This document shows positions 1-12,254 of a stretch of DNA of 64,000 nt, piece by piece. The position numbers and the translations under genes are program-made. Below the pieces are notes generated by a model. It worked only from the letters and a program-made list of their open reading frames with translations. It did no database searches and was not told the DNA's origin. Source of the stretch: Eledone cirrhosa (taxonomy: Eukaryota); contig OZ024750.1 in the NCBI GenBank assembly GCA_964016885.1, forward strand, positions 32,674,001 through 32,738,000. The letters are read 5' to 3'. Position 1 is the stretch's first letter. Each line of letters starts with the position of its first letter.

Positions 1-413
1 TGAATATGTTGAACAATAGTGAAATATATTTAAACCAGATAATTTGGGTTACACTTCCTGTTTGGGTTGCATTTTCTGAAAGCAAATGAAGCCAGTTTTA
101 GAGTTCCGTTTCGTCACTACTATCACAACCTTGTTGCTTTCCATCATATATATATATATTGATTATTTCTTGTTATTGAACATGATCTATGTTTTGTTAA
201 ATATTGGCATGATCAAATTTGAACCCAACTCTTATACTATCACCTGTACTTAGTCTATCAATCCTGTTAGAAAAAAAAGTAACATCGACATCGACAGAAT
301 TTGCACTTGTACACTAATGAGGACGAAACAATGTCCTGTAAATCATATGGTACTACTTCTACATACATACGTACATACATGCATACATACATAGATACAT
401 ATATATATATATA

Positions 414-450
<37 letters not shown>

Positions 451-452
<2 letters not shown>

Positions 453-655
453 GAAGGAAGTTGAAAGAAGACGTGGTAGAGATAGACCACGAAAAACCTG
501 GTCGGAGGTGGTGAGAACAGACTTCAGATCATTGAAGCCCACGGTGGAGATGACGAAGGACCGTGACGAGTGGAGAGATGCTGTGCTGAATAAGACCCGT
601 CCCACCCTTGCAAGCAGGGTAAAGCGGACGTAAAATGATGATGATGATGATGATG
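451..655 (+). mobile_element. RTE-clade LINE 3' fragment (short-3'UTR family)
   Basis: Translates as ...RRGRDRPRKTWSEVVRTDF...DRDEWRDAVLNKTRPT, the RTE C-terminal pattern GRPRKTW...DRxxWR. Ends in CCCACCCTTGCAAGCAGGGTAAAGCGGACGTAAAA(TGA)n and is 5'-truncated at (TA)n. Confidence 0.85.
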
Positions 656-700
656 TACGTATGACATACCTACATAGATACATATACATATATATATATA

Positions 701-1049
701 TCATCATCATCATTTCATCATTTCATTTTACGTCCGCTTTTCCCTGCTTGCAAGGGTGGGACGGGAACTGATTCTGGCTTGATTTCTACAGCTGGATGCC
801 CTTCCTAACACCAACCTCATTTACAGTGAGTGCTGGGTGCTTTTTTGCTGTGGCACCTCCACGACCACTTTGCAGTGGAATGATAGGGACCCCAGTCCCT
901 ATCATCTCATTTCTACAGCTGAGTAAACTGGAGCAATGTGAAATAAAGTGTCTTGCTTAAGGAAACAACACATCACCCGGTCTGAGAATTGAACTCACAA
1001 CCTTTCGATTGCAAGGCCAATGCTCTAACCACTAAGCCATGTGCCTCCA
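701..1049 (-). mobile_element. tRNA-derived CORE-type SINE (family A), full length
   Basis: Minus strand: tRNA-like head (TGGCTTAGTGG A-box, GAGTTCAATTC B-box), then CCTTRAGCAAGACACTT...CAGTTTACTCAGCTGTAGAAATGAG resembling the MIR CORE domain, then an RTE-derived tail and (TGA)n. Flanked by (TA)n. Confidence 0.85.
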
Positions 1050-1644
1050 TATATATATATATGTATATATACATATGACATACCTACATAGATACATATA
1101 TAAATATGACATACATACAACATATGACTCATACATACATATCTACATATGACATACATACATACATATATGCATATGACATACATACATACATATATGC
1201 ATAGGACATGCATACATACATATGACACGCATACATATATATATATATATATATATGACATACATACATGATGGCTGCAACTCGATTTCAAGAAATGCTA
1301 TCACATGATACTTATGCATGAGCATCATGGAGTAGCTTTTTAGTCCTGCTAGGGACTTGCCTATGGTCAGAAATATCATGCATCGCAAAAAATGTCACAT
1401 ATGAAGTGATGCATGTGCTTGAAGCTGCTTTAAGTGAGGAAAGGCTTTGCATGGGGCCAATCCCACTCTTTGAATTTCAAATGCATTTGCCCAAAAAGAA
1501 GAACTGGTCTACATCATCGGAAGTAAATGCATTCGCAGGTTTTATATCAGAATAACCTTCTCCTAGAGAGATGTCTTAACTACTTGGAGTCTCTTGCTCC
1601 ATAAAATATATGAACCTACAGTAACTCAGCGTTACACTCCATGG

Positions 1645-1681
<37 letters not shown>

Positions 1682-1716
1682 ATATATATACATATATGGA
1701 GGCACATATACATGCA

Positions 1717-2064
1717 TGGAGGCACATGGTTTAGTGGGTAGAGCAGTGGCCTTGCAATCGAAAGGTTGTGAGTTTAATTCTCAGACCGGGTGACATGTTG
1801 TTTCCTTGAGCAAGACACTTTATTTCACATTTCTCCAGTTTACTCAGCTGTAGAAATGAGATGATAGGACTGGGGTCCCTATCATTCCACTGCAAAGTGG
1901 TCGTGGAGGTGCCATGGCAAAAAAGCACCCAGCACTCACTGTAAATGAGGTTGGTGTTAGGAAGGGCATCCAACTGTAGAAATCAAGCCAGAATCAGTTC
2001 CTGTCCCACCCTTGCAATCAGGGAAAAGCAGACGTAAAATGATGATGATGATGATGATGATGAT
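1717..2064 (+). mobile_element. CORE-type SINE family A
   Basis: Near-identical to the 701-1049 copy, opposite strand, with (GAT)n tail. Confidence 0.85.
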
Positions 2065-2984
2065 ATACATATATACATACACAGAAAGAGAGATGCTGGG
2101 TGAATATTAACCTGCCATTCTTTGGAGAACAGAACAGAAACTGCTCAAGAAAATGTATAAAGAGGTTTGGTCTTCCAGGTAGATTGATGAGGCCTGGTTA
2201 TATATATTTTAGGAAATATCTGTTGCACATCAACAGCAACAATACACACAAGAAACAGGCTGACTCAGACATGACCTGACCAGATTTGATAACAGTTTGC
2301 CAAACACCATTCATCCGATAAATTAGAAAATCAACATTGTTTATATAATTAATTGTACATACAAGGAAAATTAGATCAGACTTAACAAGCATTAACTACA
2401 TTACAGAGTATCAGAACGTTTTTTATAAAGCAGCATCACCAAGTGCAGTATTTTAAAATAGAGAATTAAAGGATTATACTGTGGAACCTTATCAACACAG
2501 GCCTTAACATAACACACAGAATTTGTAAACCTGTGGATTACTGAAGCACATTTCATTAAAAAGCTAACCTATTCCCTGAAGCATCTGATCAAACTAAATG
2601 CATGGAAGCACATATGCTCTATTTCTGAACTGTGGCAGTATCTGACTCCATAAATTGGCTAAATAGACAAACATACAATATGTCTAATTATAAATTTATA
2701 AATCTGAAAATGCTAACATTGGAAAACAATAACATCCTATCAATCTATACAAGACACAAAATCCACAGTTGTTTCTTAATTGATTGAATTCAATTTAACC
2801 TAATTGCCCCATGTGTCTGTCTATCTGTCTGTATGTATGTTTGTTTGTCTGCCTGTCTATATGTCTGCCTGTGTGTATGTATGCATGTATGTTATCTGGA
2901 GGGAAAATGGATGTTAAATGATGATAATATGTGTTGAAACTGTTGTTTCTGACAATGTTCTATTTGTTTGATAAATGGAACAGG

Positions 2985-3240
2985 TGGCTCATGAAATTAA
3001 CCTGCTAGTGACTGAGCATTCCACAGACACAAGTACCCTTAATACTGTTCTTGTAGAGATTCAATGTGACAAATTGTGTAATGTTTACCCTTTAAACTAG
3101 AGGTGCAATTTATTTTTGCCAACGAAGTGGACTGAAGCAACATGAAATAAAGAATCTTGCTCAAGAACAGAATACATCACTGCTAATCAAACTCACAGCC
3201 ATACAATCTTGAGCCAAGGACCCTAACTATCAAGCCACAA
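2985..3240 (-). mobile_element. Old diverged CORE-type SINE
   Basis: Degenerate CORE motif (CTTGAGCAAGA...TTTCATGTTGCTTCAGTCCACT on minus) and a tRNA-like head near 3235. Confidence 0.55.
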
Positions 3241-3303
3241 GAAATATAGTAAGAAAAGTAATATGGTATATCTTTCTCTATCACACTGTTTATCTATCTA
3301 CAT

Positions 3304-3612
3304 CAGGGGCATGCACCAGGCCATAATCCGGCCCGCCAGACCAGTCTGACTGGCCTGCAATGACCGTTTTTAATTTGTTACCTTGTAGGCTTATTTAGAA
3401 TTTTTTTCGTAACCGTAATACAATTTTCTGTTAATTGACCTATACTAAAGGGCTTCACTGATAGGGTTATGTGTGTTATAATTTCCCAGTTCTCTGTTAT
3501 GGAAAGAAATTGTGGTGAATCTTTGGAATAGTGCTTAATAAATATTAATGGCCTTAATAGTTGTTCCAATGTTCAAAAGTGGCCCACCAATGGAATATAT
3601 TGCACACCCCTG
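3304..3612. mobile_element. hAT-type MITE
   Basis: Termini CAGGGGCATGCA...TGCACACCCCTG; flanking 8-mers ATCTACAT/ATCAACAC match at 6 of 8 positions (degenerate TSD). Confidence 0.65.
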
Positions 3613-4050
3613 ATCAACACAGCTCAGTATTAAAACCACTGTGAACAACATAATATCTACACAGCTCAATATTGAAACCACTGTGAACAACACAATGTAT
3701 ATTATATTAATCCAATTTGATATTTTTCTTCCTTGTCATTATTTTCTCAGATAGCTATAAGTAATATATAACCACATTCACTTAAAATCCTAGAAGGGTA
3801 TTATAATATTGGTTGATATTAGCATTTCATAGATACATTTACAACAAGAATACAGCTGTTGTCTCTTTATGCTCATATAAAATGGATTCTAGCTATTACA
3901 AGTTCATAAATCAAAATATATCATAAAATAAGGTATAAGTATTTCATCGCAGCTGAGCAGGATCAACAATTATAGTTTTATATAATACTAGAATTTTTTA
4001 AACACGCTGACGCATGTATGAGTATTATGGAAAAAAATATAAGAAACCAT

Positions 4051-4238
4051 TGGCGGTGGATTGGCAGTATCGGTAGAGGGTCGGACGCCATGCTTTGATG
4101 CATAGAGTTACGGCCCTTGCCATTCTGAGTTCAAATCCAGCCGAGGTTAACTTTGCCTTTCATCCTTACGGGGTCGATAAAGTACCAGTAATGCACTAGG
4201 TATTTGCTGGCCTTGTGCCAAAAGTAGAAACAATTATT
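4051..4238 (+). mobile_element. tRNA-related SINE family B (Meta/MESC-like central domain), full length
   Basis: GTGGATTGGCAGTATCGGTAG...GAGTTCAAATCC head, GGTTAACTTTGCCTTTCATCCTTACGGGGTCGATAAA-GTACCAG body, ...GTAGAAACAATTATT tail. About 20 copies or fragments in the window. Confidence 0.75.
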
Positions 4239-6007
4239 ATAAATGCACAAACACAGACAGACTTACAAAAATACACATTCACACAAATTCACATACATTC
4301 ACACAAATTCACATACATTCACACACACACACATACATTTACACCAACACACAGCATAGCAAATGTAATGCCAGCCGCTGTTTTGCTCTAGATTTTTCAC
4401 AATCCTCTTCCTTCCTTTTATTGATTTGTTATGAACTTGTAATAGCTAGAATTCATTTTATATGAGCATAAATTCATACAAACATACACACACTGTCACA
4501 CATTGTGTGACAGACGGATGGAAGTTGCTCAAGTTTATATATAGACTGTAAAGTTTGAACTTTTAATCGGGTATAACAAATTAAGAATCAGATTTAGAAT
4601 AGAAAGGGGAAAAAATATATGAATATTATAGATATATATTTTAGCTCATCAGTTATAGCTGTTTGAAGCAAAAACATTGAAGTTTAATATTAATTCTATA
4701 TAGAAACCTTTTAAGTTTTCTTAATTCAATTATATATATTTTGTTATTTATTTATCTGAATATTTATATCTTGAATATTAGCTTAACGATTTAAATACTT
4801 AGAATATTGACTGTTGTTAACAAATTCTGAGTAACAAAAGAATTTCTAAGCTATCAATTGAAATCTGTTTTTATCATGTCGAAAGAAGATTATGGTGAAG
4901 TTAATCTGTAGATAATGCTTCCAGATTAACTTCACATATATGATACTTTTACAGAAAAGGACATCATATTTTGCAAAGTTCTCATAATGGCAGCAGAACC
5001 AATATCATGCTAAATAGATATTCTATATTTTAATCGGCATATTCTGACATGACATGGTAAAGTATTTGCAGAGAAGTAAACAGAGAATATTTAATTCTTC
5101 AAATTGAAATATTACCAGAATCTATTTTAGTATTAATATTGGAGAGAGAGGCAGAGAGAGAGAGGGGGGAGAGAAAGAGAGGGAACGAGAGGGGGGGGGG
5201 GCAGAGAGAGAGAGAGAGAAAGGGTGATAGAATGAATGAGAGAGAAGAAGAGAGGTAGAGAGAAAGAAAGAGAGAGAAAATGAGAGAGAGTGAGAAAGAA
5301 AGGGAGATAGAATGAGAGAGATAGAATGAGAGAGAATGAGAGAGGAAGAGAGTGAGAAAGAGACAGAGAGAGTGAACATTATATATTTGGTCTGGGTCTG
5401 AGTTCAAATCCCGCCAAGGAAGACGAAACAAATGCTACAAACTATCTGCTGACATCCTAATGATTCTGCCAATCCACTGCTTTGCTTCAGATATATCAGC
5501 ACATTATATCATGTAATAACATTCTACCATCCTATGATACATGGCTCAATTGTGATCTTCACATATGCTGTTTCTATTGATTTTTTAATCATTTAATCCT
5601 AAGATCCATTAGATCAAATCTGGTCACTTTATTTTCTGATCTTCAGCTTATCTTATGTTAGATACCACCTGTTACTGGTTTCTTTTAGATTGTCAACCAT
5701 ATTTTGTATATCATCTTCCTCATATTCACTTCTTCTCATGTCAAAATCATATAATCCCACACCCAGTTAGATATAATCAAATATATCCAATTCTTCTATC
5801 ATTTCTCTGTTGTTCTCTCTCTCTCTCACTATATATATATATATATAAATATATATTATATATATAATTGTTTCTACTTTTGGCACAAGGCCAGCAATAA
5901 TATAAGCAAGTATTGCACCAAGAAAAATATAGACTTCAACGATATATATATATATATATCACGCTCTCTCTATATATGTACATGTATATATATATATATA
6001 TATATAA

Positions 6008-7363
6008 ATCAGAGAGAGAATTGATCTAGATGAAATGCAGTTCGGGTTTGTGTCAGGCAAAAGTACCACAGACGCTCTTTTCATTGTACGACAACTACAG
6101 GAGAAGTACCTAGCTAAAAGTAAACCCCTATACTTAGCTTTCGTCGACTTGGAGAAAGCCTTCGACAGAGTCCCCCGTTCCATTATCTGGTGGTCTCTTA
6201 GAAAACTAGGTGTTGACGAATGGCTTGTGAGAGCTATACAAGCCATGTATAAAGAAACAGTCAGTAAGGTTAGAATTAACAACGAATATAGTGAAGAGTT
6301 TAGCGTAAAAGTTGGTGTCCATCAGGGCTCTGTTCTTAGCCCCCTACTATTTATTATTGCCCTTCAGGCTATAACAGAGGAGTTCAAGACCGGCTGCCCA
6401 TGGGAACTCCTATACGCAGATGATCTAACGCTCATAGCTGAATCAATGACCGAACTAGAGAAGAAATTCCAAACATGGAAGCACGGCCTAGAATCAAAAG
6501 GCCTTAAAATTAACCTGGCTAAGACAAAAGTTCTAGTTTGTAGGAAAGAAAATATGGCGCCAGTCCCATCTGGGAAATGGCCATGCTCAGTGTGTAGGAA
6601 AGGCGTAGGTAGAAACTCCATTTTATGTCCCAAATGCAAAGTATGGGTGCATAAAAGATGTAGTGGGATCACAGGTAAGCTAACTAAGAACATAGATTTT
6701 ACATGTGGCCGGTGCTCTGGTGCAATAAGTAGCAGCAAGCGCCCACAAAATACTAGCTCCTGCGCAGAGGGTTCTATAAAAATAGTGGACAGCTTCCGTT
6801 ACCTGGGTGACAAAATCAGCAGTGGGGGAGGGTGCTCTGAAAGTACAGTAGCTAGAGTCAGAACTGGATGGAAAAAGTTCAGAGAGCTTATACCACTATT
6901 AGCCGCTAGAGGGTTCTCCCTAAAAATGAAAGGCAGGTTATACGATGCCTGCATACGAACAGCAATGCTGCATGGCAGTGAGACCTGGGCATTGTGTGCA
7001 GAGGATATACGCAGACTAGAGAGGAACGAAGCTTGCATGCTCCGCTGGATGTGCAATAGTAATATACGTGAACGGCAAAGCATAAACGAACTAAGGAAAA
7101 AATTAGAAATAAGAGGGATCAGATGTTGTTTACTCGAGAGAAGGCTACGTTGGTACGGTCACGTGATGCGCATGAAAGACGACAGCTGTATAACAAAGTG
7201 CAGGGCAATAAAGATAGACGGTAGCCACGGAGTAGGCAGACCCAGAAAAACATGGGACGAGCTGATAAATTCCGACCTCACACGCTTACACCTCTCCAAG
7301 ACAATGTCACTGGACCGAGACCTTTGGCGGTACTCAGTAATAGAGAAGACCCGCCTTACCTAA
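6008..7363 (+). CDS. RTE-clade LINE ORF: reverse transcriptase (5'-truncated) with an inserted PHD-type zinc finger
   Basis: Uninterrupted ORF with RT motifs QFGF, FVDLEKAFD, GVHQGSVLSPLLF, YADD (6413-6424), FRYLG and RTE C-terminus RRLRWYGHV...GRPRKTW. C4HC3 pattern at 6584-6715. Confidence 0.95.
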   Translation: MRERIDLDEMQFGFVSGKSTTDALFIVRQLQEKYLAKSKPLYLAFVDLEKAFDRVPRSIIWWSLRKLGVDEWLVRAIQAMYKETVSKVRINNEYSEEFSVKVGVHQGSVLSPLLFIIALQAITEEFKTGCPWELLYADDLTLIAESMTELEKKFQTWKHGLESKGLKINLAKTKVLVCRKENMAPVPSGKWPCSVCRKGVGRNSILCPKCKVWVHKRCSGITGKLTKNIDFTCGRCSGAISSSKRPQNTSSCAEGSIKIVDSFRYLGDKISSGGGCSESTVARVRTGWKKFRELIPLLAARGFSLKMKGRLYDACIRTAMLHGSETWALCAEDIRRLERNEACMLRWMCNSNIRERQSINELRKKLEIRGIRCCLLERRLRWYGHVMRMKDDSCITKCRAIKIDGSHGVGRPRKTWDELINSDLTRLHLSKTMSLDRDLWRYSVIEKTRLT

Positions 7364-7873
7364 ATACAAAGTAAAAACCTACTACAGTCAGTAGGCATCT
7401 CTATCAAACCCCCCCCCCCCCCCCGTCCCACCACCTCCACCCCATCCACACCGCCCCTTTCAATGTACAGTTATGTTGGTCCCACAACATCCAGGCCGAA
7501 ACAAATGAGATCGTGTAGGTGTCACGACAAAAAACACACAGTCCACGCTGTAAATGTGGCCGTGTAGGTAACACGGTAAAAACCTCCCAGCCCCACACTG
7601 TAAATGTGGTTGGTGTTAGGAAGGGCATCCATCTGTAGAAAACCCGCCAGACAGTCCACGCTGTAATGTGGCCGTGTAGGCAACACGGTAAAAACCTCCC
7701 AGCCCCACACTGTAAATGTGGTTGGTGTTAGGAAGGGCATCCAACTGTAGAAAACCCGCCAGACAGTCCTATGCGAGCAAGACAACCACTCTTGCCTCAA
7801 GTGGGAAAACCCCCGTCCAAACCCATGCAAGCGTGGAACACGGACGCTAAACCTGATGATGATGATGATGATG
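6008..7873 (+). mobile_element. 5'-truncated RTE LINE with ~500-bp 3'UTR and (GAT)n tail
   Basis: RT ORF, then a 3'UTR with an internal ~115-bp tandem duplication (about 7540-7770) and a CTGATGATGATG tail. A second copy of the 3' end lies at 47507-47993. Confidence 0.92.
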
Positions 7874-8278
7874 AGTGCCCTTTCTCTAGCACACACACTC
7901 TCTCTCTCTAGGTCTCTCTCTCCATCCCCCTCTCTCTCTCCACCTCTCTCTCTCTGAACCAGTCTATATTTTAAGTGCATAAATATATACCAAAAAAAAC
8001 TGCCCCTCCCCAACACTCTCACATATGTTAAAATATAATTGTTTCTACTTTTGGCACAAGGCCAGCAATTACCCAGTGTATTATTGGTACTTTATTTTAT
8101 CGACCCCGTAGGTGTCATGACAAAAAGCCCCCAGTACTCACTGTAAATGAGGTTGGTGCTAGGAAGGGCATCCAGCTGTAGAAACCAAGCCAAAATCAGG
8201 GGTGGTAGAGATGATATAATAGTATATTAAATATCAAATGATACATATTATATATAAATATAGTAAATTAAAAATATC

Positions 8279-8793
8279 GACTGTGACCTCTGGCGTCATG
8301 CAGTAATACAGAGTACCCGACCTCCCATGGGTACAAGCTGAAGCATATAGACAATATGACCCCACACCCTCCCACTGCAAGGTGGTCGTGGAGGTGCCAT
8401 GGCAAAAAAGCACCCAGCTCACACTTATGCCCCCACACCCTCCCACTGCAAGGTGGTCGTGGAGGTGCCACGGCAAAAAAGCACCCAACCCACACTTATG
8501 CCCCCCACACCCTCCCACTGCAAGGTGGTCGTGGAGGTGCCACGGCAAAAAAGCACCCTGCCCACACTGTAAAGTGGACGTGTAAGCGCCATGGAAAAAA
8601 ACACCCAGCACTCACTGTAAATGAGGTTCGTGTTAGGAAGGGCATCCAGCTGTAGAAATCAAGCCAAAATCAGTTTCTGTATGAGCAAGGCATGGTCAGC
8701 CGACCAGACACTGCCCACAACAGGACAACCCATCTAACCCATGCTAACATGGAAGAACGGACGTAAAATGGTGATGATGATGATGATGATGAT
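8279..8793 (+). mobile_element. RTE LINE 3' end (third family, long 3'UTR with three internal tandem units)
   Basis: Begins with D(C)DLWRHAVIQSTRPPMGTS* (ORF end), then 3'UTR and CTAACCCATGCTAACATGGAAGAACGGACGTAAAATGG(TGA)n. Confidence 0.8.
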
Positions 8794-9266
8794 ACATAGT
8801 ATATATATTATATTATTTATTATATATAAATTAACGATTTTGTTTGTTATATATTATTTACAATTTGCGTGTAGGCAGGTATCTCTGGAAATAGGGCACT
8901 GAAGGTATTACGTGGCCGCAAAGTGTGCAGTAGCCCAAAAGGTTTCAGAATCTCTGTACTAGACCATATTTGAAGAAAGGCCATCAGTCTGATTGATTGG
9001 AAATCATTCAGCTTCTAGCCTAAAGATATGTTGTGTTGTTTTATTGGTTCTTCAACCACTACTATAGGTGGCATTTGAATTTATTTAATAAAAACATTTT
9101 AAAATTTAAACAAACTCAGTTAACAACCATTGGGGGACAATTTAATGAGAGAACGTTGATGTTACTTTCAAATTCATACTTTAAATTGCTGAACAATTCT
9201 AAAAAATAGCTTATTTACATTTACTGCCTGTAATGTGAGGCTTAATAAATCAGAAAATTTGATGGT

Positions 9267-9337
9267 GTCGCTTTGGTGTAAATGGTAAGCACAGCTTTAA
9301 CGGTATATTACAGGTGAGGGTTTGAGTCCCACAGGCA
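9267..9337 (+). pseudogene. tRNA-like relic or isolated SINE head
   Basis: TGGTGTAAATGGTAAGCAC (A-box) and GGTTTGAGTCCC (B-box) at tRNA spacing; anticodon arm is degenerate. Confidence 0.4.
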
Positions 9338-10049
9338 GTGCTGTACAAAATGTTTTCCCATCCTCAGGGTTTATACATCCAGGTTATAAGGCTAATTTTC
9401 ATAGTCTAATTTTCATTGATGCTTTTTTTAAATTAATACTTCTTTTAAATTCAACATTTAAACAAATACAGGGATAAATATAACCAAAATCAATATAAAA
9501 TCAATGCCAGTAACCACATTTAACTATTACTTTTGTACTTTTTAAAAATCAATTTATCAATAATAAAATCTGTAATTAACTGCCTTCATATTTGCATAAT
9601 TTTAATATTACTCAATTTGACAAATTTAAAAGTCCTTGGAGAGCAACTTTAACTTATAACTTTCTCTTTTGTCAAATCTCTTTTAAAATACCTTCAGGCA
9701 ATGCATTCCCTTAATGAATCACATAAGATTTTAAATTAGTAAAATGATTCTGAAAAGCAGAAAATAACAAAAAAAAAAAAAAAATAATAAATAAATAAAA
9801 GAAGTCACTTATCAAACACAAGTTTTCAGAATTTTATATTATAAAATGTGTTATATTTTCTAGTTAATTTTTTTCAATTATTAAAACTCATTAGTTGTGC
9901 ATGACAACACCCCTTGTGTTGGTGCCATAATAAAAGGCATAGTGTACTGTGTAATGTATGAGATGAATGGCTATGATTGAGTGCTGACTTGGGTATGTAA
10001 CAACGAATCCAACCATTGCTAGCATTATGAAATAATAATAATAATAATA

Positions 10050-10470
10050 ATAATTGTTTCTACTTTAGGCACAAGGCCAGCAATTACCCCAGTACATTAC
10101 TGGCATTTTATTTTATCAACCCCGTAAGGATGAAAAGCAAAGCTAACCTAGGCGGAGTTTGAAATCAGAATGTAAAGGGTCATAACTTTATGCTGTAAAG
10201 CATGGTGTCTGATGTTCTACCGATACTGCTAAACCACAATAATGATAATAATAATTGTTTCTACTTTAGGCACAAGGCCAGCAATTTGAAGGGGGAGGGG
10301 GAAAGTTGATTTAATCGACACAGTGCGTGGTACTTGAGTTCATAGACCCCGTAAGGATGAATGGCAAAGCTAACCTCGGCGGGATTTAAACACAGAACAA
10401 AAGGGCCATAACTATATGCCACAAAGTATTTTGTTCAATGCACTACCGATTCTGCCAATTCACTATCCTC
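10050..10470 (-). mobile_element. Two tandem family-B SINEs in (TAA)n
   Basis: Two AATTGTTTCTACTTTAGGCACAAGGCCAGC-starting (minus-strand tail) copies at ~10050-10236 and ~10252-10470. Confidence 0.75.
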
Positions 10471-10734
10471 ATAATAATGAGGATGATGATGATATTTCTA
10501 AAAGGGTAATGAATGTCAGATACAGTAAAATACAACATGTAGTCATGAGTTTAAATCCTGTCAAGGGTGACTTAGCATGTTTCCCCAAAGGTTAAAGATT
10601 AAATAACACTTTTGAACAGATGATTAAATCAACATGTTTTCTACACAATGTGTGGCTTTCACTTGCATTACATTACAGTTAGTAACTATTAGATCTAATT
10701 AGTCTTTATAAAATAATCATTATTACCAATGTCA

Positions 10735-11075
10735 GCAACTGCACCAGCACCAGCATCAACACCATCACCACTACCATGAGCTCCATCACCACTACCATGA
10801 CCACCATCACCACCATCACCGCTAATACTACCACCACCACCACTCCTAACATCAGCACCACCACTGCCAACATCAACACCACCAATATCAGCGCCAACAT
10901 CATCACCACCAACAACAACACCACAACTGTCATCACCATCACAACCAACACCAACTCTATTGCCACCATTACCATAAGCTTTGCCATCATCACTACCATC
11001 TCTACCCCCCCCCCCCCCCCCCCACAACCACAAGCACCACCACCAACACTATCACCATTACCACCACTTACATCC
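10735..11075. repeat. Degenerate (CCA/CAA/CAT)n trinucleotide region
   Basis: Directly visible; it accounts for the Thr/Gly/Val-rich ORFs. Confidence 0.85.
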
Positions 11076-11299
11076 CCATCATGACATCGCCATTTCCGTT
11101 TGTACAATGTGTTTTTCTATGCTGGCATGGGTTGGACAGTATTTTTAGGGGCAGATATCCTGATGCCAATACTTTTAACCATTCATCTCTTATAACATGC
11201 AAAAGTGCTATGAACCTTTTCTAAAACCTGGGTTACACACACTAAGTACACAACATGATGTGAGAATTAGTATTATCTCTCTTTTATAACATCCATTTG

Positions 11300-11560
11300 T
11301 GAAGGAGTGTGGCCTAGTGGTTAGGGGATTGAATTCACATACATGAGGTTGTGAGTTTGATTCCCAGACCATGCAATGTGTTATGTCCTTGAGCAAGAGA
11401 CTTTATTCCACATTGCTGTTTCTGCCAGGAGTTGCAACTGGTAGATAGTATCAACAATGGAAAGGTCAATGGTTGGAAACATTGTTTCCTTGGTCCAGTT
11501 TGATGAGTTCCACTCCACTCAGTGAGCAAATGAAGTCTGGAATCTTGTCGATTGTTTCCT
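11300..11560 (+). mobile_element. Older CORE-type SINE
   Basis: GTGGCCTAGTGGTTAGG head, TGTCCTTGAGCAAGAGACTTTATT core. Related copies at ~23910-24150 and ~38310-38510. Confidence 0.6.
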
Positions 11561-12191
11561 AAAAAATAAATTATAACATCCGAGGATACTGTGAACCTAC
11601 TCTAAAACCTAGGATACATACACTAAATACACAACAGGATATGGAAATTAGTATTCTCTCTCTCTCTCTCTCATATAATATTTGTAATATTTTATTTGCT
11701 CTACAATAAATGATTAAATGTTAAGAAGTTTCTGTCTTGCTTTAAGTAAGTTGAACTTTAGAGATGATTTTTTTCTTCTTTTCAATGAAATAAAAGATGA
11801 ATTGATCTTTCTTTCAAAAATGAAAAGGAAAAAAATTAATCCTTCCTTTCAGAGTTTAAAAAAAGGAATTAAAACATATTAAAGGAAAACAGATTAGTTG
11901 TTTAATTGCTTGACTGTAATTGCAAATTAATTTCTCATGTAGAAATGGAAGAGTTCATTAGTAGAAAGTTACTTAGATGATCATACAGAGTGCTCCTGTA
12001 TTTCAGATATTGTTTGAGTGAATACTACATTATAACTGCTTTAAACTAGAAAGAATGGAGCAGATTGCTTCTAGGGTGGCCAGACAAAGGAGGAGGAGAG
12101 GGACCTGATGAGAAGGACCCATGATTTTGAAGGGGCTCATTCACCTCAAATGGTATATTTTTTTTTATTCTGTTCTGTTATTTCTAAGTAC

Positions 12192-12254
<63 letters not shown>

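Noticed and set aside
312-345. Hammerhead-like CTAATGA-GGAC...GTCC
   Set aside because: Core is mutated, GAAA does not follow helix II, and helices I and III are not evident.
1725-1790. Functional tRNA genes at SINE heads
   Set aside because: A/B boxes are present but acceptor and anticodon stems do not pair, and each continues into a SINE body.
2213-2263. Plus-strand terminal exon candidate (EISVAHQQQQYTQETG*)
   Set aside because: Poor pyrimidine tract; surrounding DNA looks like decayed repeat.
9692-9749. Minus-strand exon candidate with a good acceptor
   Set aside because: Stops in all three frames and no supporting partner exon.
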